From an uncultured Bdellovibrionales bacterium (lineage in GTDB: Bacteria; Bdellovibrionota_C; UBA2361; J135), in contig CAZFXN010000001.1 of assembly GCA_964523015.1 (NCBI GenBank), positions 8,976 through 72,975 on the forward strand: 64,000 nt of DNA, given 5' to 3'. Positions 37,090 through 46,972 of this stretch are shown in pieces. Under the pieces are notes generated by a model. It saw only the letters and a program-made list of their open reading frames with translations, did not search any database and was not told the DNA's origin. A program made the position numbers and the translations under genes. Position 1 is the stretch's first letter. Each line of letters starts with the position of its first letter.

Positions 37090-38883
37090 CTAAGACTTTG
37101 ACAGGAACTCTTGTAGTTTTTTAATATCAACTACAGCTGATTGATCATCACGATAGATCAGAAATGGATATCGCTCTAAATCCACCTCCTTAGGAAGTTT
37201 TTTATAGGCGTACTCCTCAGCAGGATGTGAGGCCAACTCTTTAACCAAGGTATCAAAGGGAGAGAAATAGGTAACCTTAGAAAGAGCATCTGGATAAAAA
37301 GCTTTTCGCTTAAAAATAAAATAGGAGATCCCCTCTGGCTCAAGGAGGGTAACGATTTCAGAAAGATCTCTTGAATAGTGAGCCCTAAGAGATATGTCTA
37401 ATCTCCTACTCATCTCCTGATAATACTTATCGTAAAAAGGATGGGCTGTCTCATTAGTAACGTATCCTTGGCGCTTGCCAAAGAGCTGAACTCCATCAAT
37501 ATGTGCTGGATGACCAGCAATTATGGCATCCTGAGGTAGCGTTGCGCTGACCCAATTCCAGAGATCTCCACGTATATATCGGGGCATATTAAAATTTGCA
37601 TCCCCGGTTAGCCCAGATCCACTTCCAGCATAAACAAATAATCCAACAACCAAGAGTCCTAAAACGCCTCGGATAGATCTTTTAAACTTTATATCCTTTG
37701 CATTGACGTGCATTCTCCAAACTAAGATAGGAATAAAAGCGATAAAAAAGATCGCCATCGGAATTTGAATATATCTTTGTGGTACAAATAATTTAAAGGC
37801 AAAAAGTCTTGAGGCTTCATAGGTTAAAAGAATTGCTAAAAGAAAAGTTACGATCTCACTAATCTGAAATTTTTCTTTTTTCCGACGCACAATCGCCAAA
37901 AGAGAAACAAGAAGTAAAATTGCGACATGCGGAGTATACGATTCTACTAATTCAGAACTTTTGGTTAGTGAGGTATTAAAAGCTTGAAATCCAAACTGTG
38001 AAATCTCAGTCCAACGTGGCCATAGCGGGGTCATTTTAAACCGTCCATTTACGGAAGAGAATTCAGGCATATTAGCAGCGACTTCATACGTCACCATATC
38101 GCCCAAATATTCAGGCTTTTTAGTCCCATAAAAAGCGAGCAGAGCAAAGAGTGGACAGAGCAGTAAATAGGTTACAAAGGTTTTACTGAAATCTCTCCGT
38201 GTTTCGAGCTGAATAAATTTCCATAGCAGAAACAGCCCATAACTAGCAGATATTAAAAGAGCTGATGGTGCGTGTAAAAGCCAAGATACGCCGATTAAAA
38301 AATAAATCGCTTTGTGATTTTGCTTGTAAAGAAAATAGATATAAGCAGCAAGTAGTGCTGGGGCCCAACCTCGCTGTAATCCTGCAGTTAAGCGTTGCAT
38401 AATATTACGGGTATGGAGTAACCATATTACACTTGCACAAGCTGGAATAAATCCAGCAGCCTGCTTTACTGCCGCGAACAAAAATCCGACCGCTAAACCT
38501 ACTTGAATCAACATAATCCAATGACCGGTCATCATTGGATCTTGAGTGAAATATGTAATAGCAGTCCCTAACCAAAGATGAATAGGGGATAAATAATTCA
38601 CCATCATGTCAGTGATCATATCGTTTACAAAAACGCCCGGTGCAGTTACCTCGTGAAACATGAATGCTTGCTGTAGGGAGTCATCAGTTGTCCAGCGAGG
38701 ATCAAACCACCTACCCTGAAGGCTCTCAATAAATAGATATCCGTAAAAACAGGTGGCCAGAAAGAAAAGGGTTCTAGTGAGAGTTGAGAGATCTATGGGT
38801 TTTTCGATCAGGGATTGAGGCGTACGGTAGATTTTTTGCTCTTCCTCGTCTTCAGCACTTCTAAATTTTTGAAGAGGTCTCAT
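37090..38883 (-). CDS. polytopic membrane protein, possible GT-C-fold glycosyltransferase
   Basis: 597 aa with ≥10 hydrophobic helices and a C-terminal soluble domain. It is adjacent to the GT2 genes and the TSP3 protein. The GT-C assignment is inference. Confidence 0.4.
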   Translation of the reverse strand: MRPLQKFRSAEDEEEQKIYRTPQSLIEKPIDLSTLTRTLFFLATCFYGYLFIESLQGRWFDPRWTTDDSLQQAFMFHEVTAPGVFVNDMITDMMVNYLSPIHLWLGTAITYFTQDPMMTGHWIMLIQVGLAVGFLFAAVKQAAGFIPACASVIWLLHTRNIMQRLTAGLQRGWAPALLAAYIYFLYKQNHKAIYFLIGVSWLLHAPSALLISASYGLFLLWKFIQLETRRDFSKTFVTYLLLCPLFALLAFYGTKKPEYLGDMVTYEVAANMPEFSSVNGRFKMTPLWPRWTEISQFGFQAFNTSLTKSSELVESYTPHVAILLLVSLLAIVRRKKEKFQISEIVTFLLAILLTYEASRLFAFKLFVPQRYIQIPMAIFFIAFIPILVWRMHVNAKDIKFKRSIRGVLGLLVVGLFVYAGSGSGLTGDANFNMPRYIRGDLWNWVSATLPQDAIIAGHPAHIDGVQLFGKRQGYVTNETAHPFYDKYYQEMSRRLDISLRAHYSRDLSEIVTLLEPEGISYFIFKRKAFYPDALSKVTYFSPFDTLVKELASHPAEEYAYKKLPKEVDLERYPFLIYRDDQSAVVDIKKLQEFLSKS

Positions 38884-39099
38884 TCTAACCCATTGAAATT
38901 ACATGAAATAGAACGGCAATACTACACATATTTGCCCTCATTTACAAATTATAGCTGAACATTTCAAAGCTCTTCAATTAGGTGCGTCATTTGGAGCTCC
39001 AAGTGAATCTAATGGTTTAGCGTGCAGAGCTTAAAAAGGCTCTAAAACAGTTCAGTATATTTTAGTGACAATTTTAACTGATAATTTTAACCAAAAACT

Positions 39100-41196
39100 A
39101 TGAGCTTATCGATATCAGGATACACTACAAGCCTAAACTGTCTCGACATGGAATATCCAATCGAGCAATGTTTACGATCGCTCCTACCTTTCTGTGATGA
39201 AATTATCGTTGTTGATGGTGGCAGTAAAGACGGAACAATTGAATTAATTCAAAGTATCTCTAAAAAAGAGCCCCGAGTTAAGCTTTTCGTAGAGCCGGTT
39301 GATTTTTCTCATCCACGCTGGGCGATTTATCAAGATGGATATCTAAAGCGAAGTGCCAGATCTAAATGTACTGGACAGTATTGCTGGCAAACAGATAGTG
39401 ATGAGATCGTAGACCCATCCTCCTATGATAAGATCCCTCTTTTACCTGAAGTCATTACTAATAGTGGTCATGAGTTAGTTATGCTTCCGATGGTGGAGTT
39501 CTGGGGATCTTACAACAGGATTCGTGGCGATTTTATGTCATGGAAAAATCGCTTCTCTTTGAATAATAAAAATATTACTCATGGCATTCCACAGCAATTT
39601 AAAAACTACGATCAAAACGGTCATGAATATCCAAGGCCATTTGAATCAGATACCTGTAACTATATCTATGCCGACAAACTAGTTGAGGTAGTGCCAATCG
39701 CACCGATCGGTATTACCTCAGAGGAATTTAATAAGCACACCTACGAAGCTAGAAAGCAATGGTTTATGGAGAGTTTAGAAAGGATGCCTCATGTCCTGCA
39801 TGTTTCTTGGCTATCTTTAGAAAGAAAAATCTCTCACTACCAGAAGTTTTGGCAAAACTTTCATGCCTCGATGTACAATTTACAGATCGAGGACAATGCT
39901 CAAACAAATGTAATGTTTGATAAGCCTTGGGCTTCAGTGACTAAAGAGGAGATCAAAGCTAGGGCAACACAACTGATCCAAATTGGCCCAAGATCTTTTC
40001 ACAAAAAAATTGATCCGACTAAGATAGGACCAACATTTGAATATACGCGTCCTGTGCCAAATGACCTAATTGAATGGCAGAAAAATTTAAGTTCTAATAC
40101 TCCTTTAGATGTTCAAACTGAATCTCCTTCTCAAACTCCTACGGTTAAAACAAGTTCTCCACCCTTAATTTCAGTAGTTATTCCAAGTTACAATAAAGGG
40201 AGCTATCTTGCTGAAACAGTTGAGAGTGTTTTAAATCAGGATTATAAAAATACTGAGATCATTATTGTTAATGATGGTAGCACTGACTCAACAGCTGAAG
40301 TTGCTAAAAACTTGATCAATCAGTATCCACATCGCTCTATTAGTTTAGTTGATAAACAGAATGGCGGCGCACCAGAGGCGCGAAATGCCGGCATTGAGCG
40401 CGCCAGAGGCGATCTCTATATGGCCCTTGATGGCGACGATCTCTTACAGCCCTCATTTCTTAGACGAGCCTTACAAGAGATGCATGATCGAAACGCGAAT
40501 GTTGTCTGCTCAGATCTAGAGCTATTTGGAAAAGAGACCGGAGTTTGGCGACCAGCTTTGTATAATGATTACGTCATTCGATACGACAATGTTATTCCGA
40601 TGGGTTCATTAGCAGAGAAGCGATTGTGGCAAGAAGTCGGTGGCTTTAAGCGTGGATTTCCATTTGCTGAAGATTGGGAATTTTGGGTTGCCTGCTCACA
40701 AATTGGGATGAAAGTTTATAAGATCGAAGAACCCCTTTTTAGATACCGAGTTACTGGAGATGGGCTTTCTGAGATATTTAGAAATAGTCATAGCGAAATG
40801 ATGAGTGTTATTATGACCTCTCACCCTCATCTATATCCAGTTGAAGAGGTGATCCTTGCCCATGATCTTTTAATAAAGAATTTTCCAGAACGGTTCGTTA
40901 AGGGCTGGCAAAAACGGGACGCTTTATTTAACAGTGAATGGCACCTTAAGTTTTGGCTTGGCTGCGTTTGTGAGGGTCAAAACGCGCTACAAGAAGCGTT
41001 AAACTTATATACTACGGCAGTGCAATTAACTAATTTCAAAAATTGGCAGCCGCTATACAGGATCGGCAAGATCCTTATGCATGCTAACGAACCTAAACAG
41101 GCTTACGAGTTTCTCTCTGCTGCAAGAAATCTAAGGCCAGACATGAAAAAGCACATTGAGCCACTACTAGCTAAGGTTCAACAGGTGAATGTTTAA
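39100..41196 (+). CDS. two-domain family-2 glycosyltransferase with C-terminal helical repeat region
   Basis: First GT-A-like segment IIVVDGGSKDGT. Second canonical GT2 segment ISVVIPSYNKGSYLAETVESVLNQDYKNTEIIIVNDGSTDST...LDGDD. Confidence 0.65.
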   Translation: MSLSISGYTTSLNCLDMEYPIEQCLRSLLPFCDEIIVVDGGSKDGTIELIQSISKKEPRVKLFVEPVDFSHPRWAIYQDGYLKRSARSKCTGQYCWQTDSDEIVDPSSYDKIPLLPEVITNSGHELVMLPMVEFWGSYNRIRGDFMSWKNRFSLNNKNITHGIPQQFKNYDQNGHEYPRPFESDTCNYIYADKLVEVVPIAPIGITSEEFNKHTYEARKQWFMESLERMPHVLHVSWLSLERKISHYQKFWQNFHASMYNLQIEDNAQTNVMFDKPWASVTKEEIKARATQLIQIGPRSFHKKIDPTKIGPTFEYTRPVPNDLIEWQKNLSSNTPLDVQTESPSQTPTVKTSSPPLISVVIPSYNKGSYLAETVESVLNQDYKNTEIIIVNDGSTDSTAEVAKNLINQYPHRSISLVDKQNGGAPEARNAGIERARGDLYMALDGDDLLQPSFLRRALQEMHDRNANVVCSDLELFGKETGVWRPALYNDYVIRYDNVIPMGSLAEKRLWQEVGGFKRGFPFAEDWEFWVACSQIGMKVYKIEEPLFRYRVTGDGLSEIFRNSHSEMMSVIMTSHPHLYPVEEVILAHDLLIKNFPERFVKGWQKRDALFNSEWHLKFWLGCVCEGQNALQEALNLYTTAVQLTNFKNWQPLYRIGKILMHANEPKQAYEFLSAARNLRPDMKKHIEPLLAKVQQVNV

Positions 41197-41245
41197 GTAT
41201 CTAATTTTACTAGTCCATATACTCGATCAATGGTAGAATAGTTGG

Positions 41246-41473
41246 GTGACAAAGATACCTTCAGATATCGCAAAAAAATACATGACCGCTTGGAAAAAGG
41301 CCTCTGTCCTTTTTGATAATCTTAGAGCAGAAGAATTATCAGCAATAGATACAACTCAGGGGCTGCTTAGTTTGCTTCCTGCTTTTAATGCCTGCGTCAA
41401 AGAGCGAGAACTTTCTCTTACCTCCGGATTAATTGAACAACAGAAAATTTTCTCTCGCGCATATTCTAAATGA
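41246..41473 (+). CDS. small hypothetical protein (possible partner of downstream nucleotidyltransferase-fold protein)
   Basis: 75 aa. Its stop overlaps the next start (ATGA). Confidence 0.3.
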   Translation: MTKIPSDIAKKYMTAWKKASVLFDNLRAEELSAIDTTQGLLSLLPAFNACVKERELSLTSGLIEQQKIFSRAYSK

Positions 41474-42042
41474 AAAATATATTTGAAGAGGCCTATGTTT
41501 TGCAAGAATTTCTTGTAAAGAAGAAATTCGACTTCTGTTTTATAGGAGGACTTGCTCTACAGAGATGGGGAGATCTGCGCACTACAAATGATATCGATCT
41601 GACCTTACTAACAGGATTCAAAAATGAAGAGAGATTCATTGATGCCTTACTTGAGGAATATGAAGGAAGAATTCCATCAGTAAGAGAAACTGCCCTTACA
41701 GCCCGCGTTTTATTACTTAAAACTAAATCAGGGGTTGGCATAGATATAGCTTTAGGTGGTTTGCCGTTTGAGGAATCCAGTATCAAGCGATCTTCTCAAT
41801 CTGAATATTTGCCCGGTATTTTTCTAAGAACGTGTTCAGCTGAGGATCTCATTATTCACAAAGCATTTGCGTCTCGAAGAAAAGATTGGCTTGATATTGA
41901 AGGAATAATTCTACGTCAAAAAAATATAGATTGGGAGTATATAGAAAAACAATTGAAACCTCTGCTAGATCTAAAAGAAGAGCCAGAGAACTGGGATACC
42001 TTACTCCAACTACAAAATTCACTGCTCAAAACAAGTAAGTAG
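41470..42042 (+). CDS. nucleotidyltransferase-fold protein
   Basis: FIGGLALQRWGDLRTTNDIDLTL resembles the minimal NTase G[GS]...D.D motif. Confidence 0.35.
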   Translation: MKNIFEEAYVLQEFLVKKKFDFCFIGGLALQRWGDLRTTNDIDLTLLTGFKNEERFIDALLEEYEGRIPSVRETALTARVLLLKTKSGVGIDIALGGLPFEESSIKRSSQSEYLPGIFLRTCSAEDLIIHKAFASRRKDWLDIEGIILRQKNIDWEYIEKQLKPLLDLKEEPENWDTLLQLQNSLLKTSK

Positions 42043-42123
42043 CGTTAGAATATCGATTTTTGGTAAGCGTTCACGTGGTATCGCGACAAACGCAAACCAG
42101 AAACATTCTCTACCAACCCCTCA

Positions 42124-42184
42124 GTGGGAGGCCCTGTACTAAATATAGGGCCTAACATTGCAATTGCGAGCTGGCGAGCAATTG
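42124..42184 (+). repeat. copy A of a conserved structured element (GTGGGAGG + stem-loop + AACATTGC + stem-loop)
   Basis: gtgggAGGCCCTgtactaaatatAGGGCCTAACATTGCaattgc...gcaattg. A second copy is at 51946..52015 with compensatory changes in the first stem. Confidence 0.6.
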
Positions 42185-42344
42185 ACTCAACAGCCATTTG
42201 CGGAGCAAATCCGGGGTGATAAAGACTAACCGTTCACAAAAACGACAAAAGCGATCAGCTTTTGTCCCCTGGAATTACCACAAACTCACAATCTTAACCA
42301 CTTGATTGCAAGAACTATTTGTTACCCCGTGAACGGTTACGATT

Positions 42345-43853
42345 TTATTGTCGTGATTTTAAAAACGCTCTGGCATCTGCCACAAGTGAATCAGGAAAAT
42401 TTAAAGCGTATCCATGACCGACTCGCATCTTTGTAAATGGATCAGTCTCAATCTCTTCGGCACAATCAGAGATAATTTGTGAAGTAATTAGGTCGCTATT
42501 AGCACTGAGATACTCCTGATCATTTTTTAAATCTCCCTGCCAGGCTACTTCAAGTGAGTTATCGATATTAACAAACCAGCCCTTATGAATAGCTCTTACA
42601 AGTAGCTCTCTAGATGACATTGATAAGGCATCTGTATGTTTAAACCAACCAACATCCTGAAGGGCAACTTTACGAATAGCAAAATTCATCCCAGTAAATG
42701 GAGAAGAAAAAAGTTTATCAACTTGAACATGTCCGTCTGGGCCCTTTAATGATTCTTTAAGGGGACTCATTGAGCCACTTGGAATAATAATCGAAACTCG
42801 ATCTTCACGGAAAATTTTTATCGCTTCTAAAGCAAAATTTGAAGGAACAGTTGCCCCAACATGTAAAAAGGAGAGATAAAGGGAGCAAGAGGACTGTGCG
42901 CCAACATTCAGGGCTGCCCCAAAGGATCGTGTCAAACTTCTTACATACCTAAGTCGAGAACTGATTTTCCCAATCTCACCATCCTTTAAAGAGAGTAATT
43001 TGCGAAGCTCTTTGGCGACTTTTCTATCCTCAGAGTAATCAACAAGTAACACCTCAAAGTTTGTCATTGATTGCTGTGATAAATTCTCCAAAGTTTTCTT
43101 TAAAGCATCATCACAAGCATTAACCGGAACAATATAAGAGAATCCCCTTTCAACTATGTTAGCTGCGTGGGAATACCGATTAAAGATCCGAGACATCTCT
43201 GGCAGAAGCGGATCATTACCCTGACCGGTTTTATTATCTTCATACATTCGGTAATAAGAGAAAACTTTAGGAATCTGCTTTACGGTATGTCGTCCCCAAA
43301 CCCGCATCCATAGATCATAATCCATGCAGTAATAAAGCTCTTCATCAAGAAGCTTACCATCATGTCGACGAACCTCTTCAATTACTGATCTTCTAAAAAA
43401 TATCGAGGGTTGTGTAGGAATTGAGTAAGAGCACCAGTACTTCAGTAGATCATGCCAAGTTCTTGGAACGTTAACGACAGTGTAATCAACTTTTCCCGCG
43501 CGATCAGTAATCTGACACGCGCCAACAATCATCGAATGGATCTTTAGCTCTTCGGCCACCAATGGAAAAATATTCGGCTCATACCAATCATCAGAATTAA
43601 GCCAAGTGACGATATCACCAGTCGACTTTGCAAAACCCTTATTTAAGGCATCGGTTTGGCCGTTATCTGGCTCACTTGTCCAGATCAGATGTTTGTATGA
43701 TTTAAGGATCTCAACGGTATTATCGGTCGATCCTCCATCAACAACTATATGCTCAACATTTGGATAATCTTGGGCCAGGACTGATTCAATCGTATCTCGA
43801 ATAAATTCCCCCTGATTAAATGAGGGAGTGATAATCGAGATCTTCGACATCAT
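42345..43853 (-). CDS. two-domain family-2 glycosyltransferase
   Basis: ISIITPSFNQGEFIRDTIESVLAQDYPNVEHIVVDGGSTDNT. Second GT-like half FEVLLVDYSEDR. Confidence 0.7.
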   Translation of the reverse strand: MMSKISIITPSFNQGEFIRDTIESVLAQDYPNVEHIVVDGGSTDNTVEILKSYKHLIWTSEPDNGQTDALNKGFAKSTGDIVTWLNSDDWYEPNIFPLVAEELKIHSMIVGACQITDRAGKVDYTVVNVPRTWHDLLKYWCSYSIPTQPSIFFRRSVIEEVRRHDGKLLDEELYYCMDYDLWMRVWGRHTVKQIPKVFSYYRMYEDNKTGQGNDPLLPEMSRIFNRYSHAANIVERGFSYIVPVNACDDALKKTLENLSQQSMTNFEVLLVDYSEDRKVAKELRKLLSLKDGEIGKISSRLRYVRSLTRSFGAALNVGAQSSCSLYLSFLHVGATVPSNFALEAIKIFREDRVSIIIPSGSMSPLKESLKGPDGHVQVDKLFSSPFTGMNFAIRKVALQDVGWFKHTDALSMSSRELLVRAIHKGWFVNIDNSLEVAWQGDLKNDQEYLSANSDLITSQIISDCAEEIETDPFTKMRVGHGYALNFPDSLVADARAFLKSRQ

Positions 43854-44626
43854 TACGCTGCAGTCTCCTGAACTACTTCTTCGCTTTCTTCAGAGTTTTC
43901 TTCAGCACCTTCATCATTGGCCATTTCAGACTCAACAACTTCAGGCCACAAACAAACTATCTGCTCATCGGCTTTAAAATAAACCCCTAATTCATCGCCA
44001 TATCGCTGAAATCCGTACCGAACAGCACCGCCGTTATCACGTAGAAGATCTCTACAAGCTTTCTCCTCTCCCTTAAACCAGAGCTCCTGGTATCTTAAAA
44101 GAAGATCGCTATCATCAAGTAACTCTCGATCGATCATAGCTAAGCATCGTGTATCGACAAAGATTGTACCAAGCAACTCAGTACTCTCACGAGTCAACTC
44201 CTGTCCCTCTGTTCTACTTCCCTCAGGATGCACAACGATAGAGAACTCAAAAGGATCCCGTTCGATTCTATAAAGACCTGGTTCTACTTTAACTACACAG
44301 CCACCAAATTCCTGAACCAAGCTATCTCGGTCCTCTGGTGCAGCATCAACACTTTTGATAACAGCATCTACAAACTGTGGGTTGGCCAACATAAATTGGT
44401 CGATAATTATAAGCTGTCCACTCTCAACTGAGATTCTCTCTCGCTTATTACCACTTTGAGAAGCTTCTCTTGGATTACGAGAACGTCCACCACGGTTAGA
44501 CCTACCGTATCCACCAGTGCGACGTCCGCCGCCACCGCTTCTTAATCGATAAGAGGAACCGCCTCTACTACTACTACTACCACCACCACTACGTCCTCCT
44601 CGGCCTCTTGAATTTCGATAATTCAT
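43853..44626 (-). CDS. protein with N-terminal RGG/Gly-Arg-Ser-rich low-complexity region and acidic C-terminal tail
   Basis: The first 65 aa are RGRGGRSGGGSSSSRGGSSYRLRSGGGGRRTGGYGRSNRGGRSRNPRE. The C-terminus is EGAEENSEESEEVVQETAA. The stop overlaps the GT2 start (TAATG). Confidence 0.55.
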   Translation of the reverse strand: MNYRNSRGRGGRSGGGSSSSRGGSSYRLRSGGGGRRTGGYGRSNRGGRSRNPREASQSGNKRERISVESGQLIIIDQFMLANPQFVDAVIKSVDAAPEDRDSLVQEFGGCVVKVEPGLYRIERDPFEFSIVVHPEGSRTEGQELTRESTELLGTIFVDTRCLAMIDRELLDDSDLLLRYQELWFKGEEKACRDLLRDNGGAVRYGFQRYGDELGVYFKADEQIVCLWPEVVESEMANDEGAEENSEESEEVVQETAA

Positions 44627-44834
44627 ACTTCAACTCTATGTAACTAATAACAAAAATAATAAGCACCCTGCTCGGGCACCAAACAAACTCAAAGAAGCCT
44701 TGTATCATAAATTAGTACTAATATGCCAATTAGCCACTATGTAATTGCTTAAGCACTATCAAAGTCAGGTCGATAATTCATTATAGGTTAGATTTATACA
44801 ATCCGTAGTATTTTCAGTAGGTTATTTACAAAAA

Positions 44835-45338
44835 ATGAATCAGACATGTATCATAAATTCTGAAGGGGTCTGCTTTGATCCTGATGATATCACCCTTCTA
44901 GGAGTTTATTCTGATGAGTTATCTCTTTTTAGAGCAAAAAGCGGATGGACCAAGGTTTTAGAGTCCAACTTTATGCTTGAAGATACGCATGACTTTTCAA
45001 TTGAGATAGTAAAAGACTATGAGTCCCTTAGATTTCGACTAGCTTGCAGATTTAACACTGCTTGCGGACGGTATGCATTTTGGCGAATTACTAACTATCA
45101 GGCTCCAGAAGCTCAATATGAGATAGAAACTGCTCATATTCCTAACTCTAGCTCGCGACAACTTGATTTAATTTCAGCACCTGATCTACTTCCGCTTTAT
45201 AGTACACCGTTAGTAGTTACAGGACTCTCTGAGCAGCGTAGTAGTTCAGTACTTGCAAAGGTACTCTCTCAGATCAGTAAATTTCGTAGTAGGCTTCTTA
45301 GTGGGCTTCGTAGAAAGCTTGATAGTAAGTTCTCCTAA
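44835..45338 (+). CDS. hypothetical protein
   Basis: 167-aa ORF. No motif. Confidence 0.4.
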   Translation: MNQTCIINSEGVCFDPDDITLLGVYSDELSLFRAKSGWTKVLESNFMLEDTHDFSIEIVKDYESLRFRLACRFNTACGRYAFWRITNYQAPEAQYEIETAHIPNSSSRQLDLISAPDLLPLYSTPLVVTGLSEQRSSSVLAKVLSQISKFRSRLLSGLRRKLDSKFS

Positions 45339-45478
45339 AAATACCTACATCGTATCTACGGTTCTTTACCATTCTTTATACCACCATTGTATCTTCAATC
45401 TGATTAAGCAACTTGTTGAAGATTCTATCTAATAACAATAGGTGGGTCTGTTGATAACGATCTTTTCATTCGAATAAA

Positions 45479-46408
45479 TTGAGTAAGCTTATGCCACGCC
45501 TAAATAAAGATGGTAAATTTATAATCTCTGCCAGTGAAGTTGGCAGCTATACAGTATGTCCAGAGAGTTGGCGTTTACGCAGCGTGTTAGCTGTGAACAG
45601 AGAAGATACCGATCGCTCAAAAAAAGGGATGGTTAAGCACGATGAATGGACTGTTACCTATGACGAGCATCTCTTTTTAGCTCGTAGTTCTAGAATTGTT
45701 TTAGCCTTACTTATCTTAGCAATTGCTGCATTTCTTTTAATTAGTGAACACTCGATTGTTTTACCTTAGGTTTTTATGAATGAATCCATCAAAGAATTCT
45801 CGATCGAAACTCTAAGTCAGATCGTCCTTCTTGACACTGATTTTATCTTACTCGCAGTTTTAGTGGCTGTAGTTGTTATTCTCTACGATAGTTTTTATTA
45901 CGTTTCCCGAAAGAAGCTAAAAGAGACCGGAATTCAACCAAAAGCTGTTGCGCATTCAATAGACGGCAGTAAGAATCTACCGATTAAAAATTATATCTCA
46001 GAGATTCAAGGTTTAGCTGGACGTCCTGATGCATTAATTATTGAAAATGGGTTTATAATTCCAGTAGAGAGAAAACCATTAGCACGCAAATTACGGGATA
46101 GGTACGTGGCTCAACTCTTAGTCTACATGCGATTAATCGAAGAGTTTGAGGGGAAGAAACCACCGTACGGTTACTTAATCCTTGGCGGTAATTGTCGGCG
46201 AATTAAAATAATGAATACCCCAAAACGTCAAATATGGGTTCAAGGTATTATAGATGAGATGCGTGCTATTTTAGCTGGCCAAGAATCCCGACCAACACCA
46301 GAAGCACGAAAATGCTCAAAGTGCGATGTTAAAAACCACTGCAAATTTGATGCTTCAAAAAGTAGTGATATGGCCGTACAGATAAATGCGCAGATCAATA
46401 AGAGATAG
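45479..46408 (+). pseudogene. Cas4/DUF83-like PD-(D/E)xK nuclease interrupted by in-frame TAG, with internal TM hairpin
   Basis: ORFs 45479..45769 and 45776..46408 are in the same frame, separated by TAG-GTT-TTT. The N-terminal part has a YxxCP-like motif (GSYTVCPESWRLRSV). The C-terminal part has GRPDALI, IPVERKP (ExK), QLLVYMRLIEE (QxxxY) and CSKCDVKNHC. Hydrophobic helices flank the stop. Confidence 0.4.
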
Positions 46409-46474
46409 ATAGTGTTGTGGTAGGTGGAAATCCCTTGCGGTGAACTCTCAGGGCTCTCTTTCAAAATCACAGAA

Positions 46475-46939
46475 TCATAGCTCTTTCTCTAAGATAATTC
46501 CATGGTGCTTCTCTCTAATTTTTTTGTAAACGCCCGTAATATCAAACCCTTCACGGATGTTCAGAAGTAACATGCCACGATACTTGTTCTTGGTTTGGGT
46601 TCTAATAAATTTAAATCCTTTCGCCTTAGCAATCTCGTGTTGTCTTTTCAAAAGGGATCGAGCAATGCCTTTTCTGCGAAACCCCTCCATGACTCCACCG
46701 TTCCAACTGTAGAAATACTCATTGTCCGAGTGATACTCAAAGCCAATCTTATAGGCGCATGGTTTGCCCTCGAAATATCCGACCAATATGGTCAGATTGG
46801 GGCGAGTTTCAAGCTCTCTCTTTAGAATTTCTCGACTGAGAGGCTCTTCGAAGATCTTAGCCTCAAGTTCAATGAGCAGGTTCAGGACCGACTCGGTCAA
46901 TTCAGTAAACTCTTTAATTTCAAATTTATCCATAAGCAA
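46475..46939 (-). CDS. GNAT family N-acetyltransferase
   Basis: Motif A FRRKGIARSLLKRQHEIAKAKGFKFI. Confidence 0.7.
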   Translation of the reverse strand: MLMDKFEIKEFTELTESVLNLLIELEAKIFEEPLSREILKRELETRPNLTILVGYFEGKPCAYKIGFEYHSDNEYFYSWNGGVMEGFRRKGIARSLLKRQHEIAKAKGFKFIRTQTKNKYRGMLLLNIREGFDITGVYKKIREKHHGIILEKEL

Positions 46940-46972
46940 TAACTCTCAGGCTGACAATATCAAGGTTAGCAG

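Noticed and set aside
42162-42184. Integron attC-like site suggested by GCCTAAC inverse-core motif in both repeat copies
   Set aside because: No matching GTTRRRY core at the expected distance and no integrase nearby. The shared motif is better explained as part of a structured repeat.
45767-45769. Possibility that TAG is recoded (e.g. stop-codon reassignment) making the Cas4-like gene intact
   Set aside because: TAG terminates several confidently called genes in this window (e.g. the traK-like gene at 6340..6342 and the traB-like gene at 7526..7528), so global reassignment is not supported. Local readthrough remains possible.
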